Assembly: GCF_001194135.2 (NCBI RefSeq)
Contig: NC_068981.1
Coordinates: 3,156,672 to 3,220,671, forward strand
Direction of reading: 5' to 3'
Length of the DNA stretch: 64,000 nucleotides
From: Octopus bimaculoides
Lineage: Eukaryota
Part shown: positions 11,895-26,800 of the stretch, piece after piece
Layout: each line of letters begins with the position of its first letter
How positions within the stretch are numbered: the first letter of the stretch is position 1
Notes under the pieces: model-generated
Seen by the model: the letters and a program-made list of their open reading frames with translations, nothing else
Told to the model about the DNA's origin: nothing
The model's database searches: none
Program-made: the position numbers and the translations under genes

Positions 11895-12399
11895 TGTATG
11901 TATGTATGTATGTATGCATGTATGCGTGTGTGTGTGTGTGCGTGCGTGTATGTATGTATATATATATATGTATGTGCGTGCGCGTGTGTGTGTGTGTGTG
12001 TGTATGTAAGGATATATTCGAGTATCCCCGCCTCCTCCACTTTGCAGAATTTAAGTTAGGTACTAAAGCAAAGTGGTGAGGCTCTCTTCTTTAAGTAAAG
12101 AGAGTTCTTGGGCCTTGTGGTTATTTGAAGTGATTGATGTATGCATGTGCGTGTGTGTGTAATTCACATGTGCGTATATGTGCATTCCATATGTATAGAT
12201 GTATGCATTCATGTATGCGCATACACACACATACATAGGTGAGTTAGACAGTAATGCAAATAGAAATGCATTACTTTCTACCTCACCCTCTTGTATGTGT
12301 GCGTGTGTGTATCTGGTTTAACAAATGGTATAAAGAGAATTCATTATATAATCTTTTATTGGCTGAGGTTGCTATGAGAGTGATTCGATGTTCGAGAAT

Positions 12400-12767
12400 T
12401 CAAATACTTGCCAAATTGTTTGATAAGTACCTCGACAAAAATTGTAGTCACTCTTACAACCAAATCTGCGAATGAAAGGTTACGTAAGTATATGACTTAG
12501 ACGCACAAATATGCGTGGGTATGTGTGTATAGAGATTCTCCTTTTAAACTCGACTATAATATTCCTGTGTAATGACATTACTATGTTATTTCCGTGTTCA
12601 TGTTAAAATCAAGAGCTATCTAAAGCCGATTTCTTTTATCACCACTAACAACGGCTCTGGTCATTTCTCAGATTAATATTGTTGGATCATTTACTAGGAG
12701 AATATAAAATCTTACTGGGAAGGAACAGAACGAAAATTTACCGGGTTTTTCTAAACGTTCCAATCCT

Positions 12768-12802
<35 letters not shown>

Positions 12803-14800
12803 GACCGACCGGAAAACCATTAGTTTAAATATTTTATACGAGGGTTTTTCAAGGCAATTATTGAATTCATACAACCTCTTGTAGTATAAATGCTAAAGAC
12901 AATCGTTAATTGGAAAAAAATATTCAAGGTAGTTATAAAGACTCCTCAGCTTCTTGCAGTTTGTTCGATACAAGGAATGCAAGAAAAAATTAGAATTGAA
13001 TAAACAAAAGTTGAGAACATTAACAAATTAACACTAGGTGTATATTGAGTCCCTTCCTTTTTTTGTAGTTGTTTTAATAGTTATGCTTAGAGACTTTTTA
13101 AACTAAGCTTCATATTGTATTTCAAATACTATATTTATTTAAAAGAAACTACACACATATATATAGATATATATATCTATATATATAGAGTCTGATTACG
13201 AAGAAATTTTTGTAGTTGAGAACGATGTGTTTACGAAAACCGAAACCGATTCAACGGAATTGTTTGCGTGAGATACATTTGTTGTTTGTCACCGTTTTAG
13301 AGCGCGGGTAGCTGTGGCATATATCTTATATATCGGCCTCCGTCCGCTACAATGAACTCTCGCCTTTATCTTCTAGATGTCTCCGTACAAATGTACAGAG
13401 AGGGTACAAATCTTCATGGATCTATGGAAAAGATAGCAATAATGCTAGCCGGGTACTCTAATGCTACACGGCCAATTTACAGATTTAAAGTAAGTTGACA
13501 AGCCACATGTAGAGAAATGGTCTTCGCTGTCAGGTTGTGTTGCACGATGTAATGGCTGTCAAAACGTCGTCTTGTGTATTGACTTCTGTTACTTTGAATT
13601 TCCTTGTTTTATTTTTGCTTATTTGTATATAAAAATAGGTTGTATCTCACCAATATGAACCGCCTATGCCTAGCTCAGTATAGCCTCTACTGTTAACGGT
13701 TCGTTTCTTTAAGAGTTCATTCTAATTTATCTCGTTTTTCTTTTTAAATGTAGTTTAACCTTTTATTTAATTCCTTATTTATGATGACTAGTTCTATATA
13801 TTGTTTATGGTTTGTTGGTTTTTTGTCTGTAGCTTCGACTAAATGAATGAATGACGTGAACTTGCGTGTGCTCACACTCGCTACATTATTCTCTATGGCT
13901 CATTCATACCGGACGACAGCTGCTGCTACTACCACTCTAAGCCCTCGTCACACTTGAATCTATTTCAGCCGGTATATTTATATCAAGACAGATATGTATA
14001 TATTAAATGAGTGTATATGTTTACACACGCTATTAAATATATCTTGTTATTTATATTTGTAAATCGTATACCGGCATTTATGCATGTTTTGTCAAAATCC
14101 AATCAAATTTGTGTGCGCGCTTTGTTGAGAAATCTCTATTGTACTCCGACCCCCTTTTCTCCTATCTTGTTTTACTTCTTTCCCCTGCTGCATTAACTGA
14201 AGTGCTCTTTAAAAAAAATAGGGGTTTTGGTGGTGGACTTAAATGTGTCTGACCTAGTGAAATTCTCTATCTCCCATTAAGCAATCATGTCATTGTCTAT
14301 TTTACAACCGTAGCCTCATCATGAGTGACAATCATATATATCGTTTGCTACATCATGTTTTAAAAATCGTCTGGCAGAGAACGTTCTTTCTCTTTTAATT
14401 TTAGATACTTTTATTATTTATTTCGAATGTTTAGCCATTTTTATGTCAATGAAAATCCCCAATAAATTGTGGACCATTTATATAATATAAATTTTCTCGC
14501 TATCAGTATTCTAAAAATGCCATTTTACACGTCTAATGCAACGAATATTTGAATGTCTTTTCATTTTTACATTAACTTATTAAATTACATATTTGACGAC
14601 ATTTCTTCCTTGTTGTTTTACTCGTTAATTTAGTATGAATTTAATAATTTAATTAAATTCTTTTATATATTTCTTGTATCAAATATAAATACTCGAATGT
14701 CCGTGGAAAAGAAAAAGGCACTCAAATTTGTAATGTTAAAAATTAAAACCTGATAAGAATATATATTTTTTATAGTTGTATTTCTTTATATTTAATTCAT
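12400..14800. promoter_or_regulatory. CpG-retaining region, probable promoter/5' end of gene 1
   Basis: CG dinucleotides are visibly frequent here (e.g. gagcgcgggtag, tcggcctccgtccgctac) and scarce in the flanks; the region contains exon 1. Judged by eye, not computed. Confidence 0.6.
13352..13489 (+). CDS. Gene 1 exon 1 coding part (MNSRLYLLDV...IYRFK)
   Basis: ATG at 13352 in a CpG-rich region, 46 open codons, donor AAA|gtaagt at 13490 (phase 0). Confidence 0.85.
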
Positions 14801-17800
14801 AATATTGACATGCCGCTAGACTGCTCAACTGTCATTGATTCTTCGCTTGTATTATACGATTTATTTCTGCTTTTGGTTTCATTTTCTGAAACTGCTTTAG
14901 GAATTAGCAAATAGATAATATAAGTTAAAAATTCATCATAAATTGTTTTGAAATATATTGTATCTGCTTTGTGTGCACAAGAGACTAGGAAGTAGTGAAT
15001 AACTTTTTCAATCCGTAATATTGATCCCTTTCACTGTTATAAGATTATTATTACAGGTATTGTGTTTATTTTTATGTTTGATTCTCAAATAATTTACGCC
15101 AACTGTTTCTTCACTCCACAGCTAGATGATACATTAGCTTTACTAAAGACAAGATAAATATTAATCTTTTTAATTTATTAAGTTAAAAATAGTGTTTAAT
15201 CACTTATAGAATAACTTTCTGTTACCTGACACTTTATAAAAGTTTGGAAACATTTAAATTAACCAGAAATTTTCACTAATCCTATCAATATAAATTTTTA
15301 AAGATTTTTCTTTTCATCTCAATTTTTTTAAAAAGGCTCAAGTCATTAAGACATGTTTGTTCCAAGTATGTAATTATTAGTTATTTATATATTGTCTCTA
15401 TGACTTACATTTCTTAAAAAAATTATTAATTTAAAAAATTTTTGTAGGTCTCTGGTGAAGGACGAGTACTTGCAGGTATGTGTTTTATTTTTTCTTTCAT
15501 TTTAATCATTTTTTTAAACATTGTCTTAGAAAAAGATTGTGAAATGGAGTCTAAACTAATCAGTGTTGATCCTTATATATATATATATATATATATTACA
15601 TAAAAACAACAAAAGTGCATTTTGAGAACATCAAACAGGGGTTTGAAAATACCCAGTTTTATTAATTTCTTTTACGTGTTGAACCAGAAAGCCTTATTAA
15701 TTCCAGGTAGATACATGGACATAGTACTGTGTAAAAAAAAACTGTTTGTGAGCAGTACTGTGTAAACTGCTCACAAACAGTTTTTTTTTATGTGTACCAC
15801 AGTACACCAAATGGTAATGGAATCGTAATTTTGTTTCTGTTTTCCATGCTTGCATGTGTGAGAGGAATTTGTTGAAGCAAATTTTCTTTGGTCGGATGCC
15901 TTTCCTGTAGTCATGCCTCACCTATTTCTGTGTGAGATTATACTTCCTCTTGGCAGAACACGTTTCCACAGAAGGCTGGAAACGAATGATACAGCTTGTA
16001 TGATGGTGACACTTGCTGACAACCATCATATGATGTCAGCACAGGGAGACAAACACACATATACGTATGATGGGCTTCATTCACTTTATTTCAATCAAAT
16101 CCATTTATAAGGGTTTGGTCAGCTCAGAGCTATAGTAGAAGACACTTGCTTAAGGTGCTATGCAGTAAAACTGAATACCTGGTAGGGAGAGAGAGAGAGA
16201 GAGAGAGATGAATATTGTGTGTGTGTGCATATGTGTATTATATATGTATGTAAATAAATATTGACTTGAACACAAGTCAATTTGATTATATTCTGAAAGA
16301 CTATCACAAGGTTCAGAAAGGCTTCTTTCTCTTTTCTCTTTGGAACAAGTTAATACTCTGAAGTGTTCTTAGTAAAATTTTTCAACTGATTATTGAACCC
16401 TTTGGTTGCCATATTTCTGTAGAAATATCTTTATTTCAATTTTGAAAATTGCATTTATCAAGTTCAAGCATTTTTACACTACATCAGTGACTCTGTATTA
16501 TTTACTTGTACTGTTTTAAATGTGGAAACAGAATCTAAAATCATGAGGTCTAAAAACCAAGTAAGAATACAGAACCCAACTTGTGTTCAGGAAGAGGTCA
16601 TGCTCGATATGAGGAGGAGGAGAAGTAAATGAGGAACGATGTATAATCATTGTAGGCTATGAGTGCATAAAAAATACAGGAGTTCGTTATAGGTGCTGGA
16701 GTGGCTGTGTGGTAAGACGTTTGCACTTATAAATCACATGGTTGTGGGTTCAGTCCCACTGCATAGCATCTACTATAGCCACAAGTCAACCAAAGATGCT
16801 CGTTGTATGTATATGTGTCCTTGTATCTGTGTTTGTCCCCACCACTGTTTGACAACCGGGGTTGGTGTGCCTCAGTCTCTGTAACTTAGGCAGTTTGGCC
16901 AAAGTAACCGATAGAATAAGGACCAGGCTTGATAAAAAAGTACTGAGGTCAATTTGTTTCACTATGCTCCAATTGTCTGTTTTAGTTTGGTTCCTATGGC
17001 TGGGTGCTCTTCCTAACATCAACCACTTTACAGAGTGTATTGGGTGCTTTTTATGTTACACCGGCATGGTTGCCTCTTGCGTGGCGCCAGCACAGGTGTT
17101 CATTAAGTGGCACCAGCACAGGTGTTCATTAAGTGGCACCAGCACAGGTGCTTTTTGAAAAACTTTTTAGGATGTAGTAAAAAGAAAAATATGTGTATGT
17201 AATCTAAATACCTATTTTAGAGGTGATTTTATTACTTATGTTGTTCTTAGGTACCTGCATTCATTTTGCTGATGCATGTGATCCTTTTGTATAATTCATC
17301 ATTTTAACATCCACTTTTCTATGCTTGCATGGATCAGATGGTATCTGTTGTGGCATATTTTTTACAGCCAGATGCCTTTCCTGTTTCTAACTCTCACCTG
17401 TTTCCAAGCAAGTTAATATTCCCCCTTGACCAGGCATGTTTTCATGTAAGACTGGAAACAAATGACACTGTTTGTATGATGGTGATGCTTGCTTAGAACT
17501 GTAATGTTAGAATAAGGGTGGACACTCGTGTGTGTGTGTGGGCTTTGATCACCCTGAAGTTATAGTAGGCACTTGTGTACATTGCAATACAGTAGGACTA
17601 AGCCTGATACCAGTGTTGGAAAATGACCTACTTAACTATACAGCCACGCTTGTGATGTAGATTTTCTTATTGAAAATGGGACAGAGACTGGTTATAGTGT
17701 TTGACATCATCATCATCGTTTAACGTCTGCCTTCTATGCAGGCATGGGTTGGACGTTTTAACTGAGGACTGGCAAGCCTGAAGGTTGTACCAGGCTCCAA

Positions 17801-20800
17801 TCTGATCTGGGAAGGTTTCTACAGCTGGATGCCCTTCCAACGCCAACCACTCCGAGAGTGTAATGGGTGCTTTTTACATGGCAGTACTGGCATCAACCAT
17901 GCTTGAATGGTGCTTTTTATGTGCCACCAGCACGGATGCCAGTCAGGCAGCACTGGCAATGACCACGCTCGAATGGTGCTTTATAATTAGATAATGTTGA
18001 GTTGAAACATTATGACCATAGTGTTATCTCTAGGCAGAACCACCTCAGTCTGCTTGTCAGATAATATGTATCACTCTCAGCAGCTGATTAGGATTAGAAT
18101 AAGCATTCAGGAAGGTAAAAAATAACTGCACCAACACTATGCAAATATTAAGATTTGCAAACACTGTCTCACCCATTGTTAACTGGAAAAAGTTAGAATG
18201 GATGTAAAAAAATAAATCTAGAAAAGTGAGACAAGTTTTTATAAAAGGTTTTATTCTGAACGTGAATTTAAACTTCACATTTAAACTAGTCATGCGTAAC
18301 ATGAATATTTTATCCATTTTATGTTCAAACCAGCCAGATCTGATCTCTCACACCTATCCTACAACATTATTCTAAAAGTGCAGCAGTAATGTTATTGAAC
18401 TCTCAAAGCTATGGGATGATGCTTATTTAATTCAAAACCACAACAATAAATATGCTCTACACGTGACTGAAAAATCTGAATGCAAAAGGGTTAAACCATG
18501 ATTTCACATACAAAATTAGTTGTTTAGCTCCAGGTCAGTTCTGATTGAGCTGACTTTTGATTAAAGACATTCAGCAATGATTTTTCCATAGATTTTCAAG
18601 GATTATGTACCCCAGATTACAGTGTCCCCCTCATTTTTTTTTTTTTTTAAAGACAATTGAGTATACTGTTTGAGACAGAATTGGCTGCTTTTTTTAACTG
18701 GTCGAGTAAGCTATGAAGAGCTTCCTCCCATTCCTTCTGCATTGGAATGGTTTGTTTCTTTGATGGTTAAAAATAGAAAGCTTAATACTGTCAGGCTGCA
18801 AAGTTACTAGGGCTGGGCATGGGTAGAAATATTGACAAAGATTAATAAAAAAAATGCTGACTTCCCTTGTACTGAAACTTTAGACTAAACCAACATCAAA
18901 TACTCACAGCAAGAGAGGAAACTAACTAAACAAAGTTTCACCGAGTTAGCCCTTTTCATACTAATCTGTGTGGATCCACCCCTGGTTCTATGATACAAAT
19001 GCTTTGTATTTAGATTACTCTGTCAAATCATCATCATCATCATTGTTTAATATCTGCTTTCCATGCTGGCAGGGATTGGATGGTTTGACATGGAGTTGGT
19101 TAGCAGGGAGCTGTCCAGACTCCATTTGTCCATTGTGACATGGTTTCTATGGCTGGATGGCCTTCCTAATGTAATCCTCATTTATTCACATTGTTTTGAA
19201 TTTAATCATGCATTATCTCATAGCTTTGAAATTTCAATGATGTGATTTAGTTTTAAAATGACATTGTAGGACAGGTGTGCGAAGCTGAATCTAGTCAGTT
19301 TGAATGTAAAACGGGTAGAATATTTTGCATTAGATGTGGCCAGTTTAAATGCTCAATGGTTAAAATAATCTTTGATCAAAATTTTGTGTTAATTTATGTT
19401 CCAAATATCAGCTTAATAATGAATTATGTTAATAAATTCATTTATTAAAGCGTGGTCGTTGCCAGAACTGCCTGACTGGACCTCGTGCCAATGGCACTTA
19501 AAAGCACCCACTGCACTCAGTGGTTGGCGTTAGGAAGGGCATCCAGCTGTAGAAGCTTTGCCAGATGAGAATGAGCCTGGTGCAGCCTTCTGGTCCACCA
19601 GTCCTCAGTCAAACCGTCCAACCCATGCCAGCATGGAAAGCGGACGTTAAATGACGGTGATGATGAGGGCTTGTAACAGGAAGGGCATCTGCTTGTAGAA
19701 AGTCTGCCTCTATGAATTCCATCCAACCATGCACCAACTTGCTCTTCCCAGTCCTTCCCTCCTAGAACATTGGACTGTTGGAATCCCTTCCTGGCTCACG
19801 TCTCTCCTGCAAGTGTTGGCTTGAAATAGTTTGAACAGAAATTAGCACCCATTGAGCTTACCAGTCTCTAATCTTTTATCTTTTACTTGTTTCAGTCATT
19901 ACACTGTGGCCATGCTGGGGCACTACCTTGGAGAATTTTACTTGAATGAATCACCCCCAGTACTTATTCTTTTTTTTTTTTTTTTTTATTTTTATAAAGC
20001 CTGTTACTCATTCTATTGATCTCTTTTGCCGAACTGCTAAGTTACAGGGCCATAAACACACCAACACTGGTTGTCAATCAGTGGTGGGGTACAAACACAG
20101 AAAAAATGACTCACATACATACACACACATGTATATATATGACAGGCTTCTTTCAGTTTCCATCTACCAGATCCACTCACAAGGGTTTGGTCAGCCCTAT
20201 GCTATAGTAGAAGTCACTTGCCTAAGGTGCCACTCAGTAGGACCGAACCCAGGACTATATAGCTGGGAAGTAAACTTCTTACCACACAGCCAAGTCTTCC
20301 TCCAGAACCAGGAAGTAAAAGAGAAAAAAAATTTTACCAGAAGTATTTTACAAGCACTCTCATATTTTTAATGGTTCCAATCATTGGACTGTGGCCATGC
20401 TGAAGCACTGCCTCGAAGGGTTTTAGTTGAACAAATTGTCCCTAGTACTTATGCTTTTTTTTTAAGCCTTGTACTTATTCTGTTAGTGTCTTTTGCTGAA
20501 CTACTAAGTTACAGGGATGTAAAACCAAGCCAACCCTAGTTATGAAGCTGTAGGTGTGCATGTGTGTAGTTTGATACTCAAGGACACATACACACATACA
20601 TATATATGTTAGGCTTCTACACAGTTTCCATCTACCAGATTCAGTTAAAATGCATTGGTTGGCCTGGGGCTATGGTAGGACACTTGCCTAAGGTGCCGTG
20701 CATTGGGACTAAACCTGAAACTGCCTGGTGTTGCAAAGTGAGCTTATTAACCGCAGTCAATTGAACCCTTTAGCATTCATTTTACTCTTTCAAATCTAAT

Positions 20801-23800
20801 GCTTATTTATTTTCATTGTTTTATATTGGATAATGCACTATTTCATAGCTTTGAGATTTTGGTGATGTGATTAAGTATTTTCATTGACATTGTAGAGTAG
20901 GTGTGAGAGGCCAGATCTGACTGATTTGAAAATAAAACAGGCAGAATGTTTTATGGCTGGAGATGGCTGGTTTAAATGCTAAAGGGTTAATGGTGACTTG
21001 TAACATTTGTACACAAGTTTTGCAGGAGGGTGTTTTCAATTTAATTGACTCTTAGTACTTGTTTGGTATTTTGGAGGCGAGATGGCTGAGTTCCTTTCGA
21101 GTGTTGGAGTGTTGGGCCTCATGGAGGCAAAGTGGCTGAGATCCTTTTGAGTGTTTTGGCTCACGGAGGCAATGACCAAGACCTTTGGCATTATGTTGTG
21201 CTTGAGAAGAAGACCCATCAAGCCGAGCAAAATAGCAGTCATGGCAGAGACCGGTGTCACGTAAAAGCACCCATTACACTCTCGGAGTAGTTGGTGGTAG
21301 GAAGGGCATCTAGCTGTAGAAAACCATGCCAACTCAGACTGGATCCTGGTGCAGCCTTCCAGTGTGCCAGCCCAGTCAAAGCGTCCAACCCATGCCAGCT
21401 TGGAAAACGGGTGCTAAATGATGATAATCCTGGAAGGATAAAAGTCACTATTGACATTGGTAGTATTTGAAGTTCGACCACAGACTGTAGCTAAATACCG
21501 AAAGTTATTATCATAGGCACAGGCACGGCTGTGTGGTAAGAAGCTTGCTTCCCAACCACATGGTTCTGGGCTCAGTCCCACTGTGTGGCACCTTGGGCAA
21601 GTGTCTTCTACTAGAGCCTCGGGCTGACCAAATCCTTATGAGTGGATTTGGGAGACAGAAACTGAAAGAAGCCCATTGTATATATTTACATACATCTGTA
21701 TTTGTCCCTCACCACTGCTTTACACCAGTGTTGGTTTGTTTACATCCATGCAACTTAGCAGTTTGACAAAAGAGACTGATGGTACAAGTACTAGGCTTAA
21801 AAAAAAAGTACTGGCACTGACTCAGTCAACTAAAAATTCTTCAAGGTGGTGCTGCAGTCTGGCCGCAGTCTAATGGCTGAAACGAATAAGAAATCAAAGC
21901 TGAATCCTTGAAATAACTGGCTTTCTGACAGTTGTACCAACCCACCTAATGCACTCTGGCTTTGTTTTGCATATAGCCTTAAGTTTGCTTTGCAACCACT
22001 TCGTTCTGGGTCCAATTCCACTGCATGGCACCTTGGACAAGTGTCTTCTAATGTTGTCTTGATCTGACCATGCTTTGTGAGTGAATTTGGTAGATGGAAA
22101 CTGCTTGGAAGCCTATCATATATGTGTGTATCTTTGTGTTTGTCTCCCTCACGCATTGCTTAACAACAGGTGTGTATGTTCCTGTAACTTAGTGGTTTAG
22201 TGAAAAGTTTTGATAGCATAAGACTTAAAAATTAAGCACCTCTGTGGCATGTAAAAGCACCCATTACACTCCTGGAGTGGTTGGCGTTAGGAAGGGCATC
22301 CAGCTGTAGAAAACCATGCCAAATCAGATTGGAGTCTGGTGCAGCCTTCCAGTGTGCCAGTCTGGTCAAACCGTTTAACCCATGCCAGCATGGACAATGA
22401 ATGTTAAATGATGATGCTGAAGTTGATTTGTTTGGCTAAACCAGTATTTCTTAAGCAGGGTCCACATGACCCTTGGGAGTCTATACAAGATTTTGTTGTT
22501 AAAATTTATCTTAGGGGTGGTTGTGTGGTAAGTAGCTTGCTTACAAACCACATGGTTCCGGGTTCAGTTCCACTACGTGGCACCTTGGGCAAGTGTCTTC
22601 TACTATAGCCTTGGGTCGACCAAAGCCTTGTAAGTGGATTTGGTAGATGGAAACTGAAAGAAGCCCGTCGTATATATGTATATATATGTGTGTGTGTGTC
22701 TGTGTTTGCTCTCCCCCCCACATCGCTTGACAACTGATACTGGTGTGTTTACGTCCCCATAACTTAGTGGTTCGGCAAAATCGACTGATAGAATAAGTAC
22801 TAGGCTTACAGAGAATAAGTCCTGGGGTTCATTTGCTCGACTAAAGGTGGTGCTCCAGCATGGCCATAGTCAAATGGCTGAAACAAGTAAAAGAAGGAGA
22901 GAGAATAAGCTGTTTTTACTTCTGCAATACACAAAATTTTAAGAATTCTTAAGAAAAGAATTTTTTTTATAGAATTCTTAATTATAAAAATAAAATAGGA
23001 TTTTTTAAACCTCAAATGGCAAGGGGATGGGGTAAAGTAAAATGGGAATCAAAGGGGTCCATAGGTAAAAAAATGGTTGAGAAACATTGCACTAAACCAG
23101 CGGTTCCCCATGTTTTTGCACTCTTGACCCCTTAACCAAAAGCTTGAAAGCCACACGACTCCCTACTATCAGCAGCTTGATTTACATTTTAATTAATATT
23201 ATCCCAAGCCACTTCTAGCAAGGCTAAACGACTCTTCCCCCTCCACCCGGCTGGGACGGGGGGCACCAGTTGGGAGTGCTCCAGCATGGCTGTAGTCTAA
23301 TGACTTAAACGAGATAAAACAAGAGAAATTCAATGTATTTAAATAATGATGTAAGGGAAATAATGAAAAATGGACCAAAGACATGAATTTGGATAAGTTG
23401 AACCATTTTTGATACCATATACCTGTTGAAATACACTGCTTTTGTCTTAGTTAATTTCGAAAATTATAAAGAATTTAGTGAAATATCTTACATCATTAAG
23501 CTGTTGTCATGCCCATACTGGTGCTATGTAAAATTGATCTGAAATAAACTAATTACACTTCTACAGTACACAATATTTTAACAATTTTTTAAATATAATT
23601 CCTAATAATGTTGTAAAAATATGAATTTTTAAACATCAAATGGCCAAAGGGGTCCATCCGAGTAAAATGGGGATTAAGGAGGGGTCCCTAGGTGAAAAAT
23701 GATTGAGAACCACAGATTTAAACCTTTCATTGCTGTATTTCTGTTGAGATGCTCTGTGTTTCTTTCAATTAATTTTAAATATAACAAAGAATTTAGTAAA

Positions 23801-26800
23801 ATAACTTAGTCATCATTCAGCTAGTGTTAGGAACATAAATTGTGACTAAGGTTTGGTGGAAGATTTTAATTCTAAACTTATGAAAACAAGACATTTGTAC
23901 TCAGAGCCACAGCCAGTTTCAGCCGGGTTGGTACCGAAAGGGTTAAGAGAGATTCTAATTTCGTGAAATTATCTCCCCTTTACTTAGTGTCTCCAAGACT
24001 CTGCATTAGATTTTTTTTTTCCTTTCAATAATTATTTTGTGTGCAGCACTCAGTACATCTCCCTTTAACCTAGTTAAATAAGACTTGCAAAGGAAAGAAT
24101 TAATTTAGATGGCACATTACAACTAGCATGTTATTAATCTTCTAAATGTAGAATGGCAGGAACTTGTCTGCAGCGGGTGGTGGTGTCAACTTTGTTTTTT
24201 AACCCTCTGCTGTTGATAAAATAACTACCATTCAAGGTCAGTTCAACTGATTATATGCTCTCCACCCCTCCCACATATCTCTTTTACAATTTATGGGCAT
24301 GTGCTAATATTGTTAAGCTAATGTTTAATAATAATAATCCTTTCTACTATATGCACAAGGCCTGAAATTTTTGGGGAGGGGGCCAGTCGATTACATCGAC
24401 CCCAGTACTCAACTGGTACTTAATTTATCGACCCTGAAAGGATGAAAGACAAAGCTGACCTTGGCAGAATTTAAATGCAGAACATAGCAACGGCAAAATA
24501 CTGCTAAGCATTCCATACAGTGTGCTAACAATTCTGCCAGCTCACCACCTTTATAATAATAATAATATTGGCAAGCTAGCAGAATTGTTAGCATGAGGAG
24601 CAAAATGCTTAGCGGCATTTCATCTGTCTTTGTGTTCTAAGTTCAGATTCTACCAAAGTCGACTTCACCTTTCATCCTTGCAGGGGTCAACAAAATTGAC
24701 TTAACCACTTCCCCAAATTTTCTGGCCTTGTGCCTAAACTTGAAACCGATATTATTATTATTATTATTATTATTATTCTTATTATTAAGCATTACTAATC
24801 CTTGAATAATCCTTTCTGCTGTAGGAACATGGTCTGAAATTGTGGTGGAGGGGGCAAGTCGATTACATCGGTCCCAGTATGTAACTGGTATTTAATTTAT
24901 CGATCCCTGAAAGAATGCAAGGCAAAGTTGACCTCAATGGAATTTGAATTCAGAACATAGCAACGAGCAAGATACTGCTAAGCAATTTATCCAGCGTGCT
25001 CACAACTCTGCCAGCTCACCGCCTTACTAATCCTTGAATAATCTTAAGCGTTTTTATCTGGCTGCATTTTAAATCTCTAGATTAACCCTTTTGTTACCAT
25101 ATTTTTGTTGAGTTATACTATCTTTCATCATCTTTTAACATTCAGTTTTCCATGCTTGTTGGAGCAGAGGGAATTTGTTGAGGCAGATTTTCTATGGCCT
25201 GGAACCCTGTTGCCAACCCTCACCTGTTTCAAGGAAGGTAATATTACCCCATAGCCAGACAAATGTGTGTGTATGTTTATATAAATTTATATCTATGTAT
25301 GTATGTATATATATACATACACACACACACACAACAGGCTTCTTTCAGTTTTTGTCTGTCAGATCCATACACAAGACTTTGGTCAGCCCAGAGCTATAAT
25401 TTAAGACACCCAAGGTGCTACACAGCAGGACTGAACACAAGACCACATAGATGGAGAGCAAACTTCTTAACCACATGTCTTTGCTTTAGTTAATTTCAAA
25501 AATAATAAATTTAGTGAAATAAATTTTATGGTGGTTTTAATTTAGATCACTTTAACCGTTTAGCATTCAGATTGCTCTGTCAAATGTAATGCTTATCTAT
25601 TCATATTGTTTTGAATTGATCAAGCATTAGCTTATAGCTTGAAGATTACAACGATGTGTTTATTTTTGAAATGACATTGTAGGATAGATGTAAGATGCTG
25701 GATCTAACCAGTTTCAACATAAAACCGGTACAATATTTGGGTCCTAATACAGCTGGTTTAAATAAGTTTGTATCCTAGAAGTAAAGGCAGTCTCAGGTTG
25801 GTTCATATCAAAAGGGTTGACACAGCTTTTGCAGAGATTCCATGTTTATTTTGATGTTTAACTTTGTGTTGCTCTCTTGCAAATAAGCTGCTTAAATTTG
25901 AGAAAATAAAACCAGAATCATTTTTACCACATTCATATGTGCATAATGGGCTTCCTTCAGTTTCCATTTTCTGAATTCATTCACAAGGCATTGGTTGGCC
26001 CAGCGCTATGCTAGAAGAAAATTGCTCAAAGTGCAGCACAGTGGGACCGAACTTGAAACCATTTGATTACAAAACGATTTTCATAACCACATGACCATGC
26101 CACACTCCTCATCATCATCATTTAACGTCCGTTGTCCATGCTGGTATGGGTTGGACGGTTTGACAAGGGCTGGAAGGCTGCCCCAGACTCCAGTCTGATT
26201 TGGCATGGTTTCCTATGGCTGGATGCCCTTCCTAATGCCAAACACTCTGGGTGCTTTTAGCCGTTCATCGTATTTGGGGTTGATAAAATAAGTACCATTT
26301 AAGCACTGAGATTGATGTAACCAACTAGCCTCCTCCAAGAAAATTTAACCTGTTCTGGCCCCTTCCTTCATACTCTTACCTTTCATCACCTAGCATTAAA
26401 GCTGCTTCCCTCACTAATGTAGCCCCTAAAACAGCCAAGTGGGACCTTTGTCTTGTGAGCTACATGACAACTTCAATAAGTGCAGTGCAAAAAAAGCACC
26501 CAGTACACTCTGTAAAGTGGTTGGCATTAGGAAGGGCATCCAGCCATAGAAACCATGCAAACCAGATACTAAGCATAATGCAATCCTTGGACCCATCAAA
26601 TCTTGTTGAACCATCCAGCCCAGCCAAAATAGTCATCCTGTTTTATGTTCAAACTGACATGATCCAGCTTCTCACACCTACCCTACAATGTTAGTCTAAA
26701 AAATATAGTCATGTAATCAAAATCTCAAGGCTACAAGATGATGCGTGATTAATTCAAAACAATGAATAAATAATCCTTACATTTGTGATAGAATAATCTG

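Noticed and set aside
14901-15056. Possible 156-nt cassette exon in intron 1 (ttag|...CAG|gtattg)
   Set aside because: It has an in-frame TAA at codon 6 and the composition of intron. It could be a poison exon, but nothing else supports it.
17085-17152. 25-bp tandem units, also 26-bp x3 at 5130-5200
   Set aside because: No unique spacers and no cas genes, so not CRISPR; these are simple tandem duplications.
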